Shown: positions 28,481 through 38,300 of the stretch, in pieces
Numbering within the stretch: the first letter of the stretch is position 1
Layout: each line of letters opens with the position of its first letter
Source of the DNA: Eubacteriales bacterium
GTDB taxonomy: Bacteria; Bacillota; Clostridia; Oscillospirales; JAAYXM01
Direction: 5' to 3'
Length of the DNA stretch: 64,000 nucleotides
Assembly: GCA_045537045.1 (NCBI GenBank)
Contig: JAZSOS010000023.1
Span: forward strand, 21,175 to 85,174
Program-made: the position numbers and the translations under genes
Notes under the pieces: generated by a model
What the model was told of the DNA's origin: nothing
Seen by the model: only the letters and a program-made list of their open reading frames with translations
Database searches by the model: none

Positions 28481-30382
28481 TCATCCCTTTCTCCTGATAA
28501 AAATCACACTCATCGGCGGTAAAGTCAATGAAAGACAGCTCTCACCCCCGCATGCACTGTTTGTTTTTATATACGGTGGGTATTCTGTTCCGCTCCCTCC
28601 GTACTTTTCCTTATCACTGTTGAAAACAACTCTGTAGCTTCCGGCAGCCGGGACACGGAACGTATACCCTTCCCGCGTAACCGGCGAAAGATTGAGTGCC
28701 GCAATTATCTCTTTGCCATCGCTGTTTTTTCTTTTGAATATAATGACATTGCTGTCGGAATCGTCAACCGTCACCCACTCAAAGCCTTCCCAGCCGGTGT
28801 CCATTTCCCAAAGCTCGGAATTTTTGAGATAAAATTTATTTAAATCACGGACATATTCATGCATTTTACGATGCATATCAAATTCGAGCAGATTCCAGTC
28901 CAGCTCCTTCTCGTAATTCCATTCCGAAAACTGAGCAAATTCATTTCCCATAAAGCTGAGTTTCTTTCCCGGATGTGCAATTATATACCCCAGCATAGCT
29001 CGAAGTCCCGCGAATTTTTGCCAGTAATCTCCGGGTTGTTTGCCTATCAGTGAACATTTGCCGTGAACAACCTCGTCGTGAGAGAACGGAAGAATATAGT
29101 TTTCGGAAAAAGCGTAGGTCAGAGAAAACGTAAGCTCATTATGTTTATATTTTCTGAAAATCGGGTCTGTTGAAAAATACCTGAGTGTATCATTCATCCA
29201 TCCCATATTCCATTTAAAATGGAAACCAAGCCCGTTCATATAGGGCGGTTTTGTAACCATCGGCCATGCGGTTGACTCTTCAGCAATCATAATTATATCA
29301 GGATATGCCCCGCAAACCGTCCCGTTAAGCTCCTTGAGAAAATCCACAGCTTCGAGATTTTCATTCCCACCGTAGCTGTTTGCACGCCACTGACCGTGAG
29401 ACTTACCATAATCAAGATAAAGCATACTCGCAACCGCATCTACGCGTATACCGTCTATATGAAAATATTCGCACCAGAAAACTGCATTTGATATTAGGAA
29501 ATTTTTTACTTCATTTCTGCCGTAATCAAATATCCGCGTTCCCCAATCGGGATGCTCGCACTTCAGTGGATCGGAATACTCATACAATGTTCTTCCGTCA
29601 AACTCGTAAAGCCCGTGTGCGTCTTTGGGGAAATGAGCTGCCACCCAATCTATGATTACACCGATGCCGCACTTATGGCACTCATTAATAAAATGCATAA
29701 AATCCTTCGGCGTTCCGTATCTTGAGCTTGCGGCAAAATATCCCGTAACCTGATATCCCCACGAGCCGTCATACGGAAACTCGGAAACAGGTAATAACTC
29801 AATATGGGTATATCCCATCTTCTTGACATAAGGAACAAGCTCTCTTGCTAAGTCCTTATAAGAATAGAAATTCCCGTCCTGATGCTTTTTCCAAGAGCCC
29901 GGATGCACCTCATATATATTCATTGCTTCCGAAAAAACGCTATGTTCCGACCTGTATTTAAGCCAGTTTTTATCGCCCCAACGGAAACCATCTATGTCAT
30001 AGATTTTTGATGCGGTTCCGGGACGGGTTTCCGCATGAAACGCATACGGGTCTGCTTTTAAGAGCGTCGTTCCATATGTTGTGTCAATGCTGTATTTATA
30101 TATGTCGTATTCACCGAGAGACGGGACAAACACTTCCCAGACAGTTTTGTCGTCCTCGGGATTTTTCATAACATTGGCATTTTTGTCCCAGTTATTGAAA
30201 TCACCTACAACGGAAACCGACACGGCATCCGGTGCCCACACTCTGAACACAACGCCTGGCGCGCCATCCTCTTCTGTAAAGTGCGCACCGAAATATTTAT
30301 ACGCATATATATCTTTTCCCTGATGAAACAACCACCTGTGTTCTCTGCTCTCTGCATTTTCATAATTCCTGTTACAAAGCAT
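28481..30382 (-). CDS. glgB: 1,4-alpha-glucan branching enzyme
   Basis: 633 aa. GH13 branching-enzyme blocks (DWVAAHF, GIRVDAVASM, AEESTAWP, SHDEVVHGK). Confidence 0.95.
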   Translation of the reverse strand: MLCNRNYENAESREHRWLFHQGKDIYAYKYFGAHFTEEDGAPGVVFRVWAPDAVSVSVVGDFNNWDKNANVMKNPEDDKTVWEVFVPSLGEYDIYKYSIDTTYGTTLLKADPYAFHAETRPGTASKIYDIDGFRWGDKNWLKYRSEHSVFSEAMNIYEVHPGSWKKHQDGNFYSYKDLARELVPYVKKMGYTHIELLPVSEFPYDGSWGYQVTGYFAASSRYGTPKDFMHFINECHKCGIGVIIDWVAAHFPKDAHGLYEFDGRTLYEYSDPLKCEHPDWGTRIFDYGRNEVKNFLISNAVFWCEYFHIDGIRVDAVASMLYLDYGKSHGQWRANSYGGNENLEAVDFLKELNGTVCGAYPDIIMIAEESTAWPMVTKPPYMNGLGFHFKWNMGWMNDTLRYFSTDPIFRKYKHNELTFSLTYAFSENYILPFSHDEVVHGKCSLIGKQPGDYWQKFAGLRAMLGYIIAHPGKKLSFMGNEFAQFSEWNYEKELDWNLLEFDMHRKMHEYVRDLNKFYLKNSELWEMDTGWEGFEWVTVDDSDSNVIIFKRKNSDGKEIIAALNLSPVTREGYTFRVPAAGSYRVVFNSDKEKYGGSGTEYPPYIKTNSACGGESCLSLTLPPMSVIFIRRKG

Positions 30383-30385
30383 TTT

Positions 30386-31480
30386 TTACCTTCTCCCAAA
30401 AAAATCAAGAATTTTTCTTATAAATGACTTACATTCACATTCTTGTACCGTATCACAACTTACCACTGACAGCGAACCCAAAACCTCGCCGTTTAAAACA
30501 TATTTTATCTCCCCTACAACATCGCCGGATGTTACCGGTGCATATACAAACCTGGGCAAAAAAACCTCTGCTTTGATACCGTTTTCATTACTTTTTTCCG
30601 TAAGGAAAGAAAGTTCTCCGCACACATTGACGGATACCCTGTCAGCGACTCCTCCGACCACATGAAGTTCCGGAATAGCAATATTCTCCGATGAATATTT
30701 TTTCAAAGCGAAATTGTCAAATCCGTAATCCAGCATCTCTGTATGGTCATCCCAGTCATCGGGTGCAGACAACGTAACGGCAACAAGCGTCATTCCGTTT
30801 CTTTCAGCGCTTGACACAAGGCATCTTCCAGCGGCTTTTGTGAAACCGGTCTTTACCCCGTTTGCGCCTTCGTAAAGTCTCAGCATCTTGTTGTGGTTGG
30901 AAAGAACCCTTCCTGCAACTGTTTTTTCTTTAGTTGCAACTATTTCGGAAAAATGCGGATTTTTCAAAGCGTGCGAGGCTAAAAGTGCCATATCGTACGC
31001 AGTTGAAAAATGCCCTTCTTCCGGCAAACCGCTGGGGTTTTTAAAGCAGGAGTTTTCCATTCCTATATCCCTTGCCGCTCTGTTCATCATTTCCGTAAAA
31101 CGCCGCACATCACCTTTGCCGATATGATATGCAAGCGCAGATGCGGCATCGTTACCGGAACGCAGCAAGAGTCCGTACAACAGGTCGGAAATCGACAAAC
31201 GCTCGTTTTCTTTAAGGTACATAGAAGTTCCTTCCGTTCCGACGACTGCACGCGGGACGGTAACCGTTTCAGAAAGGTCTGCATGCTGCAGCGCCACGAG
31301 CGCTGTCATTATCTTTGTTGTGGATGCCATCGGACGTTCTGTCCTCGAATCCTTTTCAAACAGAACCGTTTTTGTTTCCGGCTCGTAAAGAATTGCAGAC
31401 TTTGCAGACACACCGACGGCAAGTGCCGGAGTGGATAAAAAGCAAAGCAAAATTATCGCTGCAAAAAGACGTTTGCACAC
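30386..31480 (-). CDS. D-alanyl-D-alanine carboxypeptidase (PBP5/DacB-DacF type)
   Basis: 364 aa. Signal peptide MCKRLFAAIILLCFLSTPALA. SxxK (ASTTK), SGN and KTG motifs. Confidence 0.9.
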   Translation of the reverse strand: MCKRLFAAIILLCFLSTPALAVGVSAKSAILYEPETKTVLFEKDSRTERPMASTTKIMTALVALQHADLSETVTVPRAVVGTEGTSMYLKENERLSISDLLYGLLLRSGNDAASALAYHIGKGDVRRFTEMMNRAARDIGMENSCFKNPSGLPEEGHFSTAYDMALLASHALKNPHFSEIVATKEKTVAGRVLSNHNKMLRLYEGANGVKTGFTKAAGRCLVSSAERNGMTLVAVTLSAPDDWDDHTEMLDYGFDNFALKKYSSENIAIPELHVVGGVADRVSVNVCGELSFLTEKSNENGIKAEVFLPRFVYAPVTSGDVVGEIKYVLNGEVLGSLSVVSCDTVQECECKSFIRKILDFFGRR

Positions 31481-31542
31481 TGTCTCACACCTCCACTCAA
31501 AATAATACGATTTACAGAGCGGAAGTATTACTTTTCATCAAA

Positions 31543-31935
31543 TTATTCTTCGTCTTCTTTTTTCTTCTTACTTCTTTTTATATAACCATCAACTCTGTCC
31601 ATCACCTCAGGAACAAGTTCCACAAGTCTGTCAACGGTAGTGTTAGGTGCAGCAACCATTGGAACGAGCCTTACGTTGCCATCCTTAACCACAAGAAAAG
31701 CCTCCGGGTTGATTGATACGCCTGCGCCGCTTCCCCCGCCGAAATTCACGCCCTCTTTCTTGCTGTCAAAATCTGAACCGCCGGAAGCAAACCCGAAGGA
31801 TACTTTCGAAACAGGTATAATTGTTGTTCCGTCGGGAGTTGTGATCTGGTCTCCGATGATTGTGTTTACATCAACCATACTCCTGAGTTTTTCCATAGTG
31901 GTTTTCATTACATCATTCAATGCGTGTTCAGCCAT
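31543..31935 (-). CDS. ytfJ: sporulation protein YtfJ (GerW family)
   Basis: 130 aa. Characteristic TIIPVSKVSFGFASGGSDF...GGGSGAG. Confidence 0.88.
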   Translation of the reverse strand: MAEHALNDVMKTTMEKLRSMVDVNTIIGDQITTPDGTTIIPVSKVSFGFASGGSDFDSKKEGVNFGGGSGAGVSINPEAFLVVKDGNVRLVPMVAAPNTTVDRLVELVPEVMDRVDGYIKRSKKKKEDEE

Positions 31936-32503
31936 TTTTGTGATTTCCCTTCTTTATAGTTATTTTTCTTAAGTATTTATACAAAAACCAGACTGCTATT
32001 GCAATCAGCTGTCCCACAAAAACACGGATGTCTGAAAGCAGGTAAACCGAGATGTTCTCCGCCTCAAAATCAGCATTCACCGATATACTTTTATGCTTTA
32101 TTTTCATTCCGCGGTCTAAAAACGGGAACAGAGCACCTATTCCTGCCGCTGTTTTGCCGTATAACATTGCTGTGGAAAAAGCATCGTGGCTTCCAAGCGT
32201 TATATTCATAACGAGTCTTTTTACAACAAGCCATTTGATAAGACGTCCGAGGGCATCTACTGCCGGACCTATAACGGCGAGCATCTGTTTTGCGTTTCCC
32301 GGCTTCTTTTCTTTTTTTTCAGCTTTATCAGCTTTGCGGGATTCTTTTTTTTCGCCTTTTTTTCTTCCCGGAGTAAACTTAAAAAAGAGAACCTTCAGTT
32401 GCACGCAAAAACCGCTTTCACTGTATTCAATATGAAGGCATATGGGAATAAGACAGATAAGCGCAACAAAAAGAATTATAACGGCAAAAATCAACATACA
32501 CAA
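31928..32503 (-). CDS. DUF2953 (YtfI-like) sporulation membrane protein
   Basis: 191 aa. N-terminal TM helix, Lys-rich linker, and the usual position upstream of and overlapping ytfJ. Confidence 0.7.
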   Translation of the reverse strand: MCMLIFAVIILFVALICLIPICLHIEYSESGFCVQLKVLFFKFTPGRKKGEKKESRKADKAEKKEKKPGNAKQMLAVIGPAVDALGRLIKWLVVKRLVMNITLGSHDAFSTAMLYGKTAAGIGALFPFLDRGMKIKHKSISVNADFEAENISVYLLSDIRVFVGQLIAIAVWFLYKYLRKITIKKGNHKNG

Positions 32504-32509
32504 GCTTCC

Positions 32510-33100
32510 CTATTCTTCATTCTTTTCCGGTTGAGATTCTGCCTCATGTTCTGCTTCACTGAATGTCATCTGACCGTCCTCTGTGTCGGAAAACTCCGGA
32601 AGCTCCGGCAGATCATTCAGACTTTCAAGCCCGAAAACGCGCAAGAAGTCCTTCGTTGTTCTGTAAAGAATAGGCTTTCCGGGGACATCAAGACGACCGG
32701 ATTCGCGAATCAATCCTTTTTCTGTAAGTGATGTTATCGAATAAGAACAGTCTACCCCTCTTACCTGCTCTACATACGCGCGGGTAACCGGCTGGCGGTA
32801 TGCAATGACCGATAAAACCTCAAGAAGCGGAGGAGACAGGCGCGGAGCTCTTTTGGTTTCAAGCGATTTTCTGATATACTCTGCATACTGCGGTGCGGAA
32901 CACATCTGATAGGAATTATCAAGCTTTACAATCCGCACTCCACGCTGTTCAAAATCATAATAGTCGCGCAAATTTGTGATAATTCTTTCAAGCGACGGTT
33001 CATCCACATCGAGAATTTCCGCTATGCGCGAAAGCTCCACCGGATCACCTGTTGCAAAGAGAATAGCTTCCACCGCGCGTTCAATTTCAACAATTTCCAT
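32510..33100 (-). CDS. scpB: segregation and condensation protein B
   Basis: 196 aa. AILFA.GDPV, winged-helix repeats, acidic tail. Confidence 0.92.
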   Translation of the reverse strand: MEIVEIERAVEAILFATGDPVELSRIAEILDVDEPSLERIITNLRDYYDFEQRGVRIVKLDNSYQMCSAPQYAEYIRKSLETKRAPRLSPPLLEVLSVIAYRQPVTRAYVEQVRGVDCSYSITSLTEKGLIRESGRLDVPGKPILYRTTKDFLRVFGLESLNDLPELPEFSDTEDGQMTFSEAEHEAESQPEKNEE

Positions 33101-33102
33101 TT

Positions 33103-33840
33103 TTAATTCACCTGTGTCATTTCTTTATTTTCTTCCGCAAGAAGCGATATATCCTCGGTATCATCGGAAATTTTAATTCTGTTTGTTTTACACAGTTCTA
33201 AAACCGCAAGAAATGTTGCGACAACCTCCGAACGCGTTCTTACGCTGTCGAAAAGATCCATAAAGCTTGTCTTTTTTGTAGAGAGAAGTATTTTGAGGAT
33301 ATACGCAACTTTTTTGCCGACCGAATAAACCTCACGTCCGACAATTCCTGCAAAATTTGTGATTTTCGGAGGAATTTTGGTCTCCGCGCGCTCAAGCATA
33401 TTAAGTATTGCAAGGCGCAGATCCATACGGTCGTGCTCATACTTATACGACTTGTCCGGAGTTATCTGCTCCGGCATTTTTGTGTATATATCAAACCCGT
33501 TTTCCGCGCGGGCGTTGAGCGTTCCGCTGACTTCTTTTATCCGCTGATATTCAAGAAGCATTTCAACAAGGCGCGCTCTCGGGTCCTCTTCATCCTCTAT
33601 ATCGTCATACTTCGGCAGAAGCATTTTTGACTTGATGTAGAGAAGATGCGCAGACATTGCGACAAAATCGCATGTGATCGCAAGATTCCTCTCCTGCATT
33701 TCTTCCAGCGCCTTGTTATATTGCTCCAATATCTCAACAATCGGGATATCGTAAATATTAAGTTTATTTTTTGAAATCAGATGCAAAAGCAGGTCCAGAG
33801 GTCCGTCAAAAACATCAAGATGATAAGTAATTTCTGCCAT
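33103..33840 (-). CDS. scpA: segregation and condensation protein A
   Basis: 245 aa. FDGPLDLLLHLI N-terminus typical of ScpA kleisin. Confidence 0.92.
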   Translation of the reverse strand: MAEITYHLDVFDGPLDLLLHLISKNKLNIYDIPIVEILEQYNKALEEMQERNLAITCDFVAMSAHLLYIKSKMLLPKYDDIEDEEDPRARLVEMLLEYQRIKEVSGTLNARAENGFDIYTKMPEQITPDKSYKYEHDRMDLRLAILNMLERAETKIPPKITNFAGIVGREVYSVGKKVAYILKILLSTKKTSFMDLFDSVRTRSEVVATFLAVLELCKTNRIKISDDTEDISLLAEENKEMTQVN

Positions 33841-33866
33841 AAGAATCTCCTTAAGCCGAGGGCTTA

Positions 33867-34532
33867 TCAGTAAAATATTGACGCCAGCATCGTTATGATG
33901 CCGCGAAAAACCGCTTCACGGATATATGTAAGAAAATCCGTAAAGAAAGGAACGTTAACGAGAATAAGAAGAAGCAACATTCCGTATCGTTCATACTTAA
34001 GTATAAAGCCGTATGCGCGCCGAGGAAGCAGCGAAAACAAAATTTTGGATCCGTCAAGTGGCGGCACGGGAATGAGGTTAAATACCGCAAGACCGATGTT
34101 CAGTACCGCGAACACAAGAAAAAATTCAAGTATTACATTCAAGATACCAATGATCATTTGATTGTCAATATCAAGCAAAGAAACCAAGAGTATAATCGAC
34201 AACGAAATCACAGCCATAAGCAGATTGGAAACCGGACCTGCGATTGAAACGAGCGCCATTCCAAGCTTTCTCTTTCTGAAGAAGTACGGATTGACAGGAA
34301 CGGGTTTTGCCCAGCCAAAGCCGAATAGAATCATACACAAAAGTCCCAAAGGATCCATATGGCTTATTGGATTGAGGGATAATCTCCCACTGTTTTTTGC
34401 AGTCTTATCCCCCAGAAGGTATGCAACGTACCCGTGGCTTATTTCGTGAAAGATTATTGCAAGTAGTGCCGCGGGGATGATAAGCCAGTTTAGCCCCGAA
34501 AACAGCTCTCTGATTCTGCCGACAATACCCAA
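33867..34532 (-). CDS. site-2 protease family (M50) membrane metalloprotease
   Basis: 221 aa, polytopic. HEISH zinc motif and LPVPPLDG motif. TTG start 8 nt after GGAGG. Confidence 0.85.
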   Translation of the reverse strand: MGIVGRIRELFSGLNWLIIPAALLAIIFHEISHGYVAYLLGDKTAKNSGRLSLNPISHMDPLGLLCMILFGFGWAKPVPVNPYFFRKRKLGMALVSIAGPVSNLLMAVISLSIILLVSLLDIDNQMIIGILNVILEFFLVFAVLNIGLAVFNLIPVPPLDGSKILFSLLPRRAYGFILKYERYGMLLLLILVNVPFFTDFLTYIREAVFRGIITMLASIFY

Positions 34533-34573
34533 CGCTAAAACCTCCGTCTGTACAGAAACGATTTCATAAGATA

Positions 34574-34602
34574 ATTATAGCATAAATGATGAGTTTGTAC
34601 AA
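34574..34602 (-). promoter_or_regulatory. sigma-A type promoter of the M50 protease-scpAB unit
   Basis: TTGTAC (34602-34597), 17 nt spacer, TATAAT (34579-34574). Confidence 0.5.
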
Positions 34603-34633
34603 GAAAAACTTATGAAAACCGCCCCCGTTTGAT

Positions 34634-34672
34634 AAAAAAAGAGCACTGCAGATTAGAAAACCCACAGTGTCC
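34634..34672 (-). terminator. weak candidate terminator after the DUF212 gene
   Basis: Imperfect hairpin (CACUG/CAGUG core) at 34641-34672, followed on the minus strand by U7 (34640-34634). Confidence 0.35.
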
Positions 34673-34719
34673 TTATTTGAATTTCATTATATTATAATTC
34701 TGTATGAGATAAAATCATA

Positions 34720-35181
34720 TCAAAACAGTATGTTATACATTATAACTGCGTTTATTACGCCGAGCAGAGCACCGGATATAACCTGAATCGGCGTATGTCC
34801 GACAAACTCCTTAAGCTTTACCTCGGGCAGCTTTTCGGTGGCAAGAATATTGAACGATTCAATAATTTCATTCAAAAGAATAGCCTGCTTTCCGGTTTCA
34901 AGCCGCACCCCCATTGCGTCATGGCAGACAATCACCGCGAGAATAACGCTTATTGCAAACTCAATACTGCCGGTACCGCAAACCAAGCCGCATATCACGG
35001 CAAGCGAACAAACAGTAGCGGAATGCCCGCTCGGCATTCCTCCATCACCAAACAGACGCGTGATGTCAAACTTTTTATATATAACGGTGTGAATTATAAG
35101 CTTCAGAACCTGAGCCACAAGCCACGATGATATTGCCGTGATTATAAACGGATTTGTTACCAGTCCCGTCACTCTGTTCAT
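34720..35181 (-). CDS. divergent PAP2 family (DUF212, acid phosphatase/vanadium haloperoxidase-related) membrane protein
   Basis: 153 aa, 4-5 TM helices. Blocks GGMPSGHSA and HD..GVR. Confidence 0.8.
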   Translation of the reverse strand: MNRVTGLVTNPFIITAISSWLVAQVLKLIIHTVIYKKFDITRLFGDGGMPSGHSATVCSLAVICGLVCGTGSIEFAISVILAVIVCHDAMGVRLETGKQAILLNEIIESFNILATEKLPEVKLKEFVGHTPIQVISGALLGVINAVIMYNILF

Positions 35182-35242
35182 GTTAACCTCCCCATCCTAA
35201 ACATTTCAATTTGTTTTACTTTTACCCTTTTATCTCTAACTT

Positions 35243-35270
35243 ATTTTACCATATATTTACACTTTGTCAA
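35243..35270 (-). promoter_or_regulatory. sigma-A type promoter of the DUF212 gene
   Basis: TTGACA (35270-35265), 16 nt spacer, TAAAAT (35248-35243). Confidence 0.5.
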
Positions 35271-35273
35271 TAT

Positions 35274-35304
35274 CAAAAGTATCACCCGCTGCCACGCGCG
35301 ATAC
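35274..35304 (-). terminator. candidate terminator after the CPS-DapF fusion ORF
   Basis: Hairpin GUAUCGCGCG...CGGGUGAUAC (35304-35279), followed by UUUUG. Confidence 0.5.
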
Positions 35305-35324
35305 AAGCATAGCACACCGAATGA

Positions 35325-38300
35325 TTAATATTCAAACTCGCCCTCATACACGAGATGCGCACTTCCGGTCAAAAGAATGCACTCGTCCGTATAATTTACG
35401 ACAAGCTCGCCGCCCGGCAGCTTTACAACTATATCCTTTTCCTTTTCGCAGAATCCGTTTTCCACTGCGGCAACAACCGCGGCGCATGCACCCGTTCCAC
35501 AGGCAAGTGTTTCTCCGTTTCCGCGCTCCCACACACGGGTTCTGAGCGTGGTAGGATTTATCACACGCACAAATTCCGTATTTATGCGCTCCGGAAAGAC
35601 ATCCGCACATTCAAAGCGAGGGCCCGTCTCCGCAAGGTTTAAGCTATCCAGAGCATCATAGAACACAACGCAGTGCGGGTTTCCTACTGAAAGGCAAGTT
35701 ATGTTATAGCTTCCGCCTGCAATTTTAACGGGATAATTTACAAGCTTTTCCTCAGACAGCAAAGTCGGAAGTGATTTTGCCGAAAGGTCTGCCTTTCCCA
35801 TATTTACAGCCACGGAGCTTACCTTTCCGTCGCGCAGATAAAGCTTCATACGATATATGCCACTGCCGGTTTCCACAGACATATACTCACTTCTTACATA
35901 CCCTTTATCGTAAAGGTACTTGGCTACACAGCGGATACTGTTACCCGCCATTTTGCCCTCGCTTCCGTCGCGGTTGAATGAGCGCATTTTCGCATCAGCA
36001 ACTGTTGATTTTTCAATCAGGACAATCCCGTCACCGCCGATGCCGTAATGGGGCGTACAAAGATTTACGCACAGCGACTCAGCACACGTGAGCTTGCCGT
36101 CAAAGTTTTCTATGAAGATATAATCGTTGCCGCAGGAATGCATTTTTGCAAAGCGGATTTTCTGCCTCCATAGACGCATCGCGTTGATATCTACAAGCTC
36201 CGTGTTGGAAATAGTAAACCGGCTTTCTATGATATCGGCAAGTGCGTTGGCGGTATCCAAGGATGTAAGGCACGGAAGCCCAAGCTGCATTGCGCGGCGG
36301 TGAAGTTTAGTGTAATCGCCTACCGTTGCATCCTTTACTGCACCGGTATAGACAATATAATTAAGCGTTCCGCTTTCCATAAGCTCATAAAGATCATTGT
36401 TCTCCGTTGCATTCGCGACGGAAACAACATCTATACCTGCTTCTGCTATTGCAGCCGCCGTGCCGGTAGTTGCATAAAGCGTTATACCCGCATCAGAAAA
36501 GCGCTTTGCCAGAGATATAATCTCCTGATAGTCGCTTTCTTCAACGCTTACAAGCACCCCCGCCCCTTTCTCGGTATGGGGTGACGGAACAGTGAATCCC
36601 GCCGAGGTGAGACCCTTGAACAGAGCCTCTGCCATTGTTTTTCCTATTCCGAGAACCTCGCCCGTGGATTTCATTTCCGGACCGAGAATTGAATTTACAT
36701 CGTTTAACTTTTCAAACGAAAACACCGGAACCTTTACTGCATAGTACGGCGGAGTGCGATATAATCCAGTACCGTAGCCAAGTTCACGCAGGCTCGCACC
36801 AAGCATTACCTTTGATGCAAGATCTACCATCGGCACATTTGTGACCTTACTGATATACGGAACGGTTCTTGATGCACGCGGGTTCACCTCAATGACATAA
36901 AGCTCATTATCGTAAATAAGATACTGAATATTTACAAGGCCTTTCGTTTTCATCGCAAGAGCAAGCTTTTCCGAACAGTCGCACACCTTCTGCAGGAATT
37001 TATCGTTTAAGTTATACGGTGGATAAACGGCGATTGAATCTCCGCTGTGAACACCCGCACGCTCGATATGCTCCATAATGCCGGGAATGAGAACATCACG
37101 TCCGTCAGATATTACATCCACCTCAAGCTCTGTACCCGGCATATATTTATCAACAAGCACGGGGTTTTCTATGCCGCCGGAAAGAATGGTTTTCATATAC
37201 TTTTCCGTATGCTCGGGAGATCTTGAAATCGTCATATTCTGCCCGCCGATAACATATGACGGACGCAGAAGAACCGGATAACCGAAGCTTTCGGCTGCGG
37301 CAAGCGCCTCTTCGACGGTATTTACACCCATACCACGCGGACGCTTTATTCCGAAGCTTTCAAGAAGCTCATCAAAGCGGCTTCGATCTTCTGCAACATC
37401 TATACTTTCAGCTGATGTTCCGAGGATTTTTATGCCGTTTTTGTCAAGGAACTGCGTAAGCTTTATTGCAGTCTGCCCGCCGAATGCAACAACAACTCCG
37501 ACCGGATTTTCAACGCGAATGATATTCATTACATCTTCCGGTGTAAGCGGTTCAAAGTAAAGCCTGTCTGCCGTGTCATAGTCTGTCGAAACGGTTTCGG
37601 GATTGTTGTTTACTATCACAACGTCATATCCCATTTTGCGCAACGTCCAGACACAATGGACAGAGCTGTAATCAAACTCAATTCCCTGCCCGATACGGAT
37701 AGGACCGGATCCCAGCACCATAACAACGGGCTTTCCGCTGCGTGGGAAACGGCGGGAATCGCAGGATGAATCGTTACACGAATAGAAATACGGTGTTTTA
37801 GCTGAAAAACGTGCAGCGCAGGTGTCAACCATCTTATAGCTGAAGCTGTGCTCCGGAAGCTTTTTTGCCCCGCTGATGCGCGCTATCGCGACATCGGTAT
37901 AGCCAAGTTTCTTTGCCTGCATATAATCGCCATCGGAGAGTCCGTTTGCAATTTTCTTTTCAAAATCGGCAAGATTTTTTATTTTTGCAAGGAAGAAACG
38001 GTCTATTTTTGTTATATCAAATATTTCGTCTATTGAGACACCAGCTTTTAAAGCCTCGAACACGGTAAATATACGCCGGTCGTTCTGTTCGGCAAGGCGC
38101 GCAATTACCGGACGGTTATCAAGTGCAGGAGCATCAAGCGTATCAAAGGATATTTCCGCACCGCGGACTGCTTTCATTATCGCTTCTTCAAAGCTCTGCC
38201 CGATAGACATTACCTCGCCGGTCGCCTTCATCTGTGTTCCGAGCTTGCGCTCGGACTCCGTGAACTTATCAAACGGCCATTTAGGGAACTTTACAACAAC

